DNA of 64,000 nucleotides from Octopus sinensis (Eukaryota): NCBI RefSeq assembly GCF_006345805.1, contig NC_043008.1, positions 75,888,001 through 75,952,000 of the forward strand, written 5' to 3'. Below the pieces are notes generated by a model. The model was not told the origin of the DNA. It ran no database searches and saw only the letters and a list, made by a program, of their open reading frames with translations. Below, piece after piece: positions 53,869-64,000 of the stretch. The stretch's first letter is position 1. Each line of letters begins with the position of its first letter. The position numbers were made by a program, and so were the translations under genes.

Positions 53869-56496
53869 TAGGCAGAGGAGCATCTACTCGTTGCATGCGC
53901 ATATGCACGTGCGTTCGTGTGTTTATGTAAAAGGGTTGAGAGTATGCAGGTAGATGTGAGGCATGGACAATGTATGTAGAAGCGTTAGTAATAAGTCCAG
54001 TGCAATTTGGCTATGTCTGAATCAGCAAGGTTATTGATATCCAGGGAAAATTGATATCAGGTAGAAAACGTGAATTTACAAAGAAGAAAATGAAAATCGA
54101 GAAAGCAACGCGCAGCAAAGTCATTGTAATCAGTAATATACACATAAGAGAAAATTAAATGAGTCAACGTTCCGGCTAGCAATCATTCCTCACAACGTAA
54201 GTAAATAAACACATTGCAACATGCAATGCTTGAAAACTGAGTGGTGAAAGATTAACTGTGGGGATTATAGATGTCGGAAATACTCCAGCTTAACTGATAT
54301 AAGTGCATGTGGATAAATAACGAATAACATTTTTATTCAATCGTGTGTGCAAATGTGTAAGTGCCGGTGAGTGGTATTTACTAAATACTTTTTTTTACTG
54401 TGAACGTGAGGAACGTATATGAATGGGCAAGGATGTTAACACAGTTTGTACGAAGTATAATTGTGTTTAGGTGTGTGTGTCTGTGCGCGCGCGTGTGTGC
54501 GTATATGCGTGTATGTTTCTGTGTGTGTTTGTGGGTATGTATGTGTGTGAGTATAAAGTGATCAAACTGCAAATCTGCACGCGCAAGATAAGTGAAATAT
54601 GATGTTAGTGAGGAGCGTGAGCATACGTCATATTGTACGTTGTATATATCTTGTGGCTGCCTAGTGACGCAGTTTGTGTATATGCATGGGTTATTGGAAG
54701 AAATCGGGTGTTAATGGATAGCGTGTGTGTGTGTATGTGTGTATCGAGCACTAAAAAGCAAGGTGGCAACCTTCTTCACACCACTTCCTAACACTTCATA
54801 GTACTTATCATTTACAAACATTTTGTCATACAGCAATACGCACTATCTATTCTTGGTTCATTCACTTATACATTCATACATATATATGCATATATATCAA
54901 TATACTTATATGTAAATATTTATGTATATATGCATTATTGTATTTGTGTATATATGTGTGTCTGTGTCTGTTGAGGTATATGTAAACACATGCCCGCACG
55001 CAAATACAGCTAGTTCATTTAAACGCATCACATTCTTTGATGCACAGAAATTCATTTCATACAAAATTACATTTTCCTCCTTTCACTCATTTCCCCCTTG
55101 CTCTTGCTACAGATCACTCTTCAATGCCTCAAATCTTTTTCGTTACCACTGCTTACTAATCAGTATGCTACATATTTTAACTAGTAGCCTCTTTTAATTG
55201 TTTCAGTTTCATTTCGTCCTTTTCTTGCTTTCGTCTTGACAAGCGACAAAAAAAAAAAAAGAAAAACAGAAGCGCTAATTTATATTACATTGTGTACCTT
55301 CGGAATACCCCACTTTAACGATTCTAGCCAGGAATGTCTGTAAAATATCCATATTTCTCGACCGAATATTTTTTCGGATTATACCAGACACATTTCTCAT
55401 CCATGCCCAGATTTTTCCTGAGAAAAACGAAGCTGTCCATAACTCTTATTCAATAATTACATGCTAACATGAAAATCCCACCGACTGTATTGTCTCATTG
55501 CAAAAAAAACATGTGACTGCTTAAGGACTTTCTAAGTATCTGTTAACCGTTGTATATTTTTGCTCGACACATTCTTCTAGGAATGTCTGAGAAATAAGAA
55601 GTAACAAAATGCACCTGACAAACGTGAAATGTACTTGCTCAATGTTCAGGAATCTCTGAAACGCAGATATATTTTGAAGCTGCAGCATATGTGTGCCCAT
55701 TATCGGCCACGGTACACTCTAGCTTTCTCTTAATGGTTTAGGCTGTAGTTGGGCTTCGTGGTCAGTGAAATAAAATCCTTCAACACGCAACAAAGGAGAA
55801 ACTTTAATCTGGTTTGAGATGTACAGTTAAGACAAAGCAGATAGTCATTTTACTATATATAGCAAAGGTGATGTGTATGTCGTCGCTTCAGCCAGAGCTA
55901 GGAGATATTTACCTCAAGACGATGTTTTAAAATATTTTGATTAAACGTTCTCCTCGAAATTGCATCCAAATTCGTATACCGGTAGGAGGTCGTGACCGAC
56001 ACCCCTGCGCAAGACTGCTAGTGTGGCTTGCCTCTCCAGGTGTCGAATTGCAACCTCACGCAAATCAACCATATAATTCCGTAGACGATTTTGGTAGGAA
56101 ATATAATTATATATACACTAAAACATTTTGTTCAGCGCTTCACGATTTTGTCAGTGCACAGCTCAGAATGAATGGCCTAAATGTTTTGATTTTTTCCAAT
56201 TCAAAACTCCTTAGGGCGGACTGCAATTCATCACTGCAAATTTTACAAAGATCAGTTTTTGTATTCCAAAACTATAATCTTAAGGCATTATGTCAAAATT
56301 ATCAATTAATATTTAGTTTTCATTCTTCTCGCCCTTGGAATCAGTTTGACATATTCTTGGTGCCAATAAATACTTTTCTGCTACAAAAAACTACATTAGA
56401 TTCAATATCAGAAACTAAACTTCATATATATATATATACATATATATATTCTATATATAATATGCGTACAAATATATATGTATATCTGTATATTTA

Positions 56497-56527
<31 letters not shown>

Positions 56528-57605
56528 ATAGCTATATGTGTGTGTATAATTATGTATACCTACATCTATATCTTTATATGTATGTTTCATCTATATATGT
56601 ATGTATATATGTATGTATGCTTGTATGCATATATTTATCTGCCTTCTGGTGATATAGTTTTCTTGTTGGAGAGCCAACCTGACTGTTTCACAATTAACTT
56701 TACTATGTTTTACTTTATCATAATTCTATTGATGTGTCAGCAACCTTTTCGAATCGAAATAATTGAATTTTGGAAGCAGAAGTGTTCTTAACTCAAACTT
56801 CTTTACAGCCAAGTGTTCTTGAAATTCTTCAGATTATGGTTTTAGAATTTCGATGTCAAAAACAGAAACTTTATCATCACTTACATTCCGTGGCACAGTT
56901 CAGTTTTTTGTCATTTTACTTTGACAAAATAATCTGGAGATTTCATTTAGAGAAACCTAAATCATACTTGATTAAATAGACAATTAGCTTTTAATCATGA
57001 TTAAAACCAAGAATATTGTATGGATTCTTATAGTTGTCTGTTACCTAGTCCAGTGCTCCATAATGCTAGTTCAACTACCGTTGGTATTGCGTTCTATATT
57101 TTTTATTCGCTAGCTGTTGAAATTATTAATATTCATATACGGTAATTAATTATTATTACTCTCTATCTATATAAACTTGCCTTATTCAACAAGGAAACTG
57201 TTTAGGTGTCCTTGTTTTAATACTGCTTAAGTATTTGGTCACTGTATCCGTATTTGCAGCTCTAAAACCTACCAAAATGCTTGTCAATGAATAATAAACG
57301 TTTTGAAAGTTTATTCTATGACATGTGTTTGGATATTAATTCTGCAGAATAGCTGGAATGCGTTTGAAATTAGTTCTATTTAGTCTGAGATGGCATCGTA
57401 TTTAGTTAATAAAATTTCGATGGTATATAGTAGATTATATCACCTCCAGGGATGGTATATATTTTATCGACTCAGTAATATCAGGTGGAAGAAAACTCAG
57501 CAGAATTTGAACTCAATCCGTAAAGAGACATAAATAAATATTTCAAAGAAGAATTAATTGGCCTCATTTTTTAAAATCTTGATATACGTCTTTCACTTTT
57601 ATATA

Positions 57606-58365
57606 CAGGGTGCGATGAGTAAGTTGCCGCCATATAATATTTTTAATTGCACGCATGCGTATAGGTTGTTTTTGATTTGTCGACTACAGTATATAGTAGA
57701 GACAGTTGGCACCACCTGTGAGAAAAACAGCACTATGACGCAATTCACTCTGCCAGAAATCTGGAAACGACACTCTGTACTGCATGACGTTCGCGCTAGA
57801 AGCTCCAGTAGGAATATTTTAGAGTGTTTAGGTATCAATCTGAGGAAAATGCATGTACCGAGAGGGATAAAAATCAAACATACAGTCAACATCATGGTGT
57901 TTGGAAAGATCACTAGTGAAAGCGATGTTATGCCTCCATTCATCTTCTCACACAGCTTTAGACTCAACACGGAGGCCTACATCAAGTGCCTGAAGGGGAG
58001 AGTGCTGTTCTGAGTGAAGTGGGTGGTTGTTGGAAGACCCTATGTCAACAGGACTCTGCTTCATGCCACACAAGCAGGAGGGCCCATTCGTGACTGTCAG
58101 AAAATTTCTATGTGCACATCGCCCCTAACATCTGTCCACCTAATTCACCACACTGCAACCCTGTTGATTAATATGCGTCCAAAAGAGTAGCAGGGGATTC
58201 CGAAGTTGTCTGGAGGCCGTGATTGAAACCAACGGCGGTTTCATTGAACAAATTTACTCTTTTGTATTTCAAAATATTTTTAGGTAATTTTAGTAAATTT
58301 ATCTGCTAAAATGAGAGGTCAATATTTGCATAATTTAGACGACAGTTTATTCACCGCAGCCTCTG
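57606..58365 (+). mobile_element. Tc1/mariner, same family as 53378-53868, with TIR remnants
   Basis: TA followed by cagggtgcgatgagtaagttgccgcc; KHTVNIMVFGKITSE..; degenerate 3' TIR acgacagtttattcaccgcagcc. Confidence 0.85.
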
Positions 58366-58505
58366 TGTGTGTGTGTGTGGTGTGTGTGTGTGTGGTGTGT
58401 GTGTGTGTGTGTGTGTATGTATCTATGTGCGTTTGTGCCTCTGTGTGCGCCTGCATAGATCTATCTTTCTATCTATAAATCTCTCTCTCTCTCCCTCTCC
58501 CTCTC

Positions 58506-58572
<67 letters not shown>

Positions 58573-58575
<3 letters not shown>

Positions 58576-59521
58576 ACACTAAACGCCTGCAATGTGAGCT
58601 GGACAAAATATACAAGTGGGCTGAAAAGAATAGCATGCAGTTCAATGCTGAAAAGTTTCAAGCTTTATACTATCAGCATGCAAAACTAAATGCAATACCC
58701 AATGAATACACTGGACGCGGAGGAATTGCAATCCCAGAGGCACAATCAGTGCGTGACCTGGGTATTTACATGAGTGATGACGCAACCTTTCGTGTACATG
58801 TTGCTAAATTGGCAATGAAATGTAGACGACTGGCCGGATGGATTCTCAGAACCTTTAGAACAAGAGAACAAGAAACCATGATGGTCCTCTGGAGGACACT
58901 TGTCCTAAGCCACTTTGACTATTGCTCTCAGCTATGGTCACCATCCAGTGTCACGTTGATCACAGAACTTGAGGCGATCCAACGTAGCTACACGAAGAAG
59001 ATTGCCTCTGTGCAGAATATAAGCTACTGGGAAAGACTCAAGAGATTAAAACTCTATTCCTTGGAGCGTAGGCGAGAAAGATATGCCATAATATACATCT
59101 GGAAGATCCTGGAGGGACTTGTCCCAAACTTTGGCATCGAGAGTTACACAAATGCCAGAACTGGGCGCCACTGCGTGGTGCCTAGGACTCCAAATTTGCC
59201 ATCAAGATGTAGGACAAGATACTGTGATAGCCTGGGCTTCAGAGGCCCACAGCTCTTCAATATCCTCCCGAAGAACCTAAGAGACCTGCATGGGGTGGAT
59301 GCAGATGTCTTTAAAATGAAACTGGATCTCTTCTTGTCAGGTATCCCAGATGAACCAACTTCACGGCAGGAGGTGCAGATGAGGGCAGCTGCATCGAACT
59401 CTCTCATGCACTAAATGGCAGTTGCTAAAAAGCATTCGTGAAGTAAAACCATGTAGCAACACCAAATGGCGGTGCCCCAGCATGGCCACAGCTCGTGAGC
59501 TGAAACTAGAATCAATCAATC

Positions 59522-59523
<2 letters not shown>
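58573..59523 (+). mobile_element. CR1-like LINE 3' portion (RT C-terminus, open frame 58635-59414) with 3' stem-loop and (ATCA)n tail
   Basis: MQFNAEKF..VRDLG..YCSQLWSP..LEAIQR..YWERLKRLKLYSLERRRER; inserted in (TA)n. Confidence 0.9.
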
Positions 59524-59559
<36 letters not shown>

Positions 59560-62500
59560 TGTATGTATATATGTATGTATGTATATATTGTAATCGACTC
59601 TACTCCACCTGGTACGCGAAACCCCTTTGTAAATAATTAATATGGATTTGTTTATATATTGACCTGGCAAAAAGCGGAATATTTACACAAATATTGACTA
59701 ACCGAAATACATTGATAAACTGAAACTCTCTTTACACAAAAATACAGTTTCAAGACCCAGCCGAATCAATTTCCAGGCTAATAACTCGGGGGCAATAATA
59801 TAAGTTGAACTTATATATTCTAGTCAAATGAAACGAATATAAACGTTAAGTTTTTCGTCTTTTTCTTAGTAAAAGTACATTTCAGCTAAATGAAAACAAA
59901 ATCAATATTTACTTGAGCTGTTTTCAACATTCAAGAAATAAAATACTGCAACAATGACATATGATAGAAACGGAAGCAAGGGAATTTCTCTGAATTTTAA
60001 ATATCACTTGATATGTGCCGGATAATGTGAGCACTTCCAGACGATTTTAAGCTGGCATATAGCTGGGTTTTCTTGACATTAAGTAATGTGAAAACAAAAC
60101 AAAATCTACAAAATAAAAATATCAGAAAATGAATAATTTCTACAAGGAGTATTTAAATTCTGAAACGACATATAATTTCCTGCCTTCAATTTAATACCTG
60201 AGTATATAGTTATGTCTTAATGTCCTCAACCCAGTATACATATTAAATGTCCATCATATGAATTATGTTCCAAGCTTTCCGATAGAAATAAAAAAAAAGG
60301 ATTTAGCTTTTATTTTGGCATATTAATGAAGTTGTAAAAACGAATACACTGATTTTTATCTAGACTTATATACTTGCATGTGTGTGTATGTATATGTAGA
60401 AGTGTATCTATGTACTTACTTGTGTTTGATGGTTAGAGAGGGGAAGATGGAAAGTCAGTTTCAGTGCAGCGAAGAGCAGTAGCATGCTATTCAGCATCTG
60501 TACCATCGGGACAAATTTAGGATGTTTCAAGCGGACAGTTAATTACATTACAGGGTCAACTCCACCATAGAAATAGATGCAGGAAACATATTATAGATGA
60601 CAGCTGATGGTTTGATGTGTCACGCTGTGGTAGCTAATATCTTTCTGTGGTTTCTGTATGTTTGATATTATTACGTAAATGTTATCAAGAGTAACTTGAT
60701 ATGTAATATGGTCTGCTATGCTATAAGAGATCTTCTCAAAGAACTGCTTCATATTTGGTGTCTTACTCGCCTTAGAATGCGTCTTTTAAATTTTGCTACT
60801 TTGTATACTGAGATACCCAGTTAACAATAAAATAAAATAAAAAGATGAAGAGCGATTCAGTGAATTGACTTAAATTATTTGAATAGATTTCTCTTCATGA
60901 CCAGTGACCTGCCGAAGAAAATCAGGACATGTGAAGTAGGCAAAAGATGTCGCCATGGGCTCTGATTTCGTGCTTTTCATACGAGACAGCAGTAAATGGA
61001 AAACGACAGTTTTATGTATAAATGTGGGCAACTACATAATCTGTGTTTTTCATTAGTATCAATGCAGGCTTCTTTGGAAAATTTTGCTGTCCCTACTTAT
61101 AAGGTACGAGGTGATAAAAGTCACACTAAATAGAACGTGTACGTTAATACCTGTCATTAGCCGCGATTGAACGGTCATCAATTTTGTTGCCATAAATCCG
61201 TGTCAAGAAACTTGAAAGTTATAATCTACACACCGTTCAGGATAATGAGAATAATTGAGATAAAAAAAACGTAGTTACTTGAATTGTATAAAACCACATA
61301 GCTGACGTTAGTGAACGTAGGTTAGATGGAAATGTAATTTGTTCAATTCATTGTTTGTAGTCTTACCTGGAATGGAAAGTGAATTTTGTCAGACACAAAG
61401 AGTATTATGTGTTAGATTTGAAATAGCTAAATGTCAGGAGCTATTACCAATCCGTGTAAGTTGCAGACTCCTTACTTCAAGGATCTAATTACAGATGGTA
61501 ATCTACATATTATTGATTAGTAAACATTTTCATATTGAACAACTCCGATGAAAAGCAGAAATTCTTTAATACATTTTAGAAACTCTTCCTTCATTGATGA
61601 TATAGCACTTTTAGAAGAATTTAATATTCAACTAAGTAATTTAGGTTGGCTCAATCTCCTTGGTCAGCGTGGTGTTGATAAAGTGAAATATATTGGTTTA
61701 TTACGTTCCTTTTTTCGAGTATTTCAACTCCTTCAATCCAGTCCAGTCGAATCCCAGTCAACCGCTATCATAAAACTGATGATAATCTATGATATTGAAA
61801 GGTTCACAATGTCCCATTTAAGAAAATATTGCGGCTTATCGTACAACATTGTTGTACCTATATGAATTGTGGACAATATTCAGGAATGTGAAGTGGGGTC
61901 TCTATACAAGAATGTAAAATATGGATAGTATACATGAATATGAAGTGCGGACGTAAAGAAGGCTATCTACTCTGTAGACGCGTTTTACATAATACACGAA
62001 ACAGCAACATCCTTGAAAACTAAATTAAATGTAGCGGAACATTCTAGAGAATCGGGTTGGATAACATAAGTCAATTGCGTGTGAAATATTAGAATCTCTA
62101 AATACTATACAGAGCCAGCTAATAAACGATCCCATAATGTTTCATGAGTTATTTGTTGAGGTACAAAGAGAAGATTAAGTAAAGTTTGAGAAAAGTGGAA
62201 TTTGATCCATTGAATCGTCAAACTTGGTATAGGTGTCACAGTTTCAAGAGAAGAACTGTCTTTGGAATATACCCACCTCTAAAACAAAACATTTTAAAAG
62301 TATCCCTCAATTTTTATTATTCAGTGATAAAATGGAGATCATACTCCCCTCAATTATTTTAGTCACTAAGTTTAGGCCGTTGTAATTTCCCGTGTCCTTT
62401 CGGTGCTTGTTAGAGAACATTTCAAGCAGCAGCTTATATCCAAAATATACCGCAAAGTTGAACGCATTCTCTCATACATGCCATGTATATGATGCCTGAG

Positions 62501-63355
62501 CCTCATTCCACCTATATGTTGACTCCTTGTCCAGCAATTGAACTGACGTCCCCCAAGCGTACTGAAACATGTAACTCTCTTCAATCTATGCGAAACGTTA
62601 TATAGCAGAACTAGCAAACCGAATAAAGAGTGCCACTCTGGCAATATTTTTCTTGCAATAACTATTTCAATTGGATAACATATATTTTAAATTCAGTTAC
62701 ATTGAACAGAAACATTCCAATATTGATCATTTGAATTCATTCAAATTACATCGATTTCTTTTGATTATCTCTTTAGCCTATTACAGGTTTTGTACGTATA
62801 TTTGAACTACTACTACAACTACTACTACTGCTGCTGCTGCTGCTACTACCACTACTACTACTACCTACTACTACTACTACTTGCGTATTCATTTTAATTA
62901 AAATAAGTAGTCGAATCTTGGCGACAAACAATTCTTAAAGGGGTTGATGTGAAAATTATGAAGCGATTTTTTTTATACCTCAGCGAATGTCTTCAAAACA
63001 TGCTTTATCCTTCCTCGTTTTCTATATATTATACATCATTAATGATGATAATAGAATTTTAAATTTTTACGTTCAACTCTTCTAATGAATAATTGTTCAA
63101 AGAATAACTACCTCCACTCTCCCTTATTGTCATTAATTGTATGTGAATGTGCATGCAAGTGTGTGTGTATATATAAGAAAGAAGAAAACAAAGGACCACT
63201 GATGCGGTCACAGGAGTGTGACGAAAGAACTCTGGCCGAAATAAGATTAAGATTAATGTAAAAAATAAATAACACTGAAGCAAAATAACACCAAATATAT
63301 AGTGCGTGTGTTTTTATTGGCTAAACTGGCAATATGACCATTCCGAAATATAACA

Positions 63356-63357
<2 letters not shown>

Positions 63358-63449
<92 letters not shown>

Positions 63450-63480
63450 TGTGTCTGTACGTATATGTATATATGCATAC
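63358..63480. repeat. (TA)n microsatellite (many similar TA/CA/TAGA tracts elsewhere are not listed)
   Basis: Seen directly. Confidence 0.95.
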
Positions 63481-64000
63481 ATGTGAGTATATATGTACAG
63501 ACACACATGGGTTTGAATGTATTATTTGTAATCATGGTAATTACTATTTAAAAGTGTGTGCAGTTTCTTTTTGTTGTAGATTTCATTCCCCACATATATT
63601 TCTACTTTGCACTTGTATATCTCCATCACCCTGTCTGGGTCTCTTTGTTTCTCCCTTTCTCTTCCTCTTTATATCTTCTGATTCCCTTGCTCTTTTAGAA
63701 ATGCCCTTACTTGTCACCCATGTTTGTAGTGACTGATTTATTAATCCTGATGCTATTTCATTCATTTGCTCTTAAATGTAATAATCATTGTTATTTTTGC
63801 ATTTCTGTTGCAGTTTTCGTACGGAAATGTAATATATCCTGTATAGTTTGGTTTATTTCCTCTCGTTATACTGTCTGAATTAATACGAACAGCGTTATAG
63901 TAATTCTATAACCTGCACAACCTTCTGATGAACCTCATGGGAGTTGATATAATTCAAAGAAATCTGCGAATTTACGATATTTCTGCTGATGATTTATGCG

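Noticed and set aside
55937-56791. 284-aa ORF, the longest non-TE frame
   Set aside because: TTG start, runs through a TA microsatellite and has no recognisable motif; most likely a chance frame.
63920-63965. CTGATGA-acctcatgggagtt-GATA-taattc
   Set aside because: GATA instead of GAAA and poor stems I and II; not supportable as an HHR.

Overview
AT-rich, microsatellite-dense eukaryotic DNA made almost entirely of transposable-element debris. The SINE families and repeat mix resemble what I recall of octopus (coleoid cephalopod) genomes; that assignment is an inference. No intact host gene could be identified, and there are no prokaryotic features (CRISPR, operons, rRNA). Contents: (i) at least five copies of RLE-type (R4/Dong-like) LINEs, most sitting in (AAT)n tracts and one in (TACA)n; (ii) five copies of a ~555-bp non-coding element that also sits in (AAT)n; (iii) a CR1-like LINE 3' end whose tail is shared with a local SINE family; (iv) several Penelope-like element (PLE) remnants; (v) Tc1/mariner fragments and two MITEs; (vi) three tRNA-derived SINE families. 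The main finding is invisible in the ORF track: three sequence-unrelated families of type I hammerhead ribozyme (HHR) motifs that share one architecture. Each has a CUGAAGA core, a 59-76 nt hairpin stem II, GAAA, and an 8-nt palindromic stem III. They occur as a tandem array of ~594-bp units (10330-12003), as a 437-bp head-to-head inverted pair (8806-9242) and as a solo copy (39579-39668). This looks like a PLE-derived retrozyme (self-cleaving, possibly circular RNA) system. All structures were paired by eye; activity and expression are untested.
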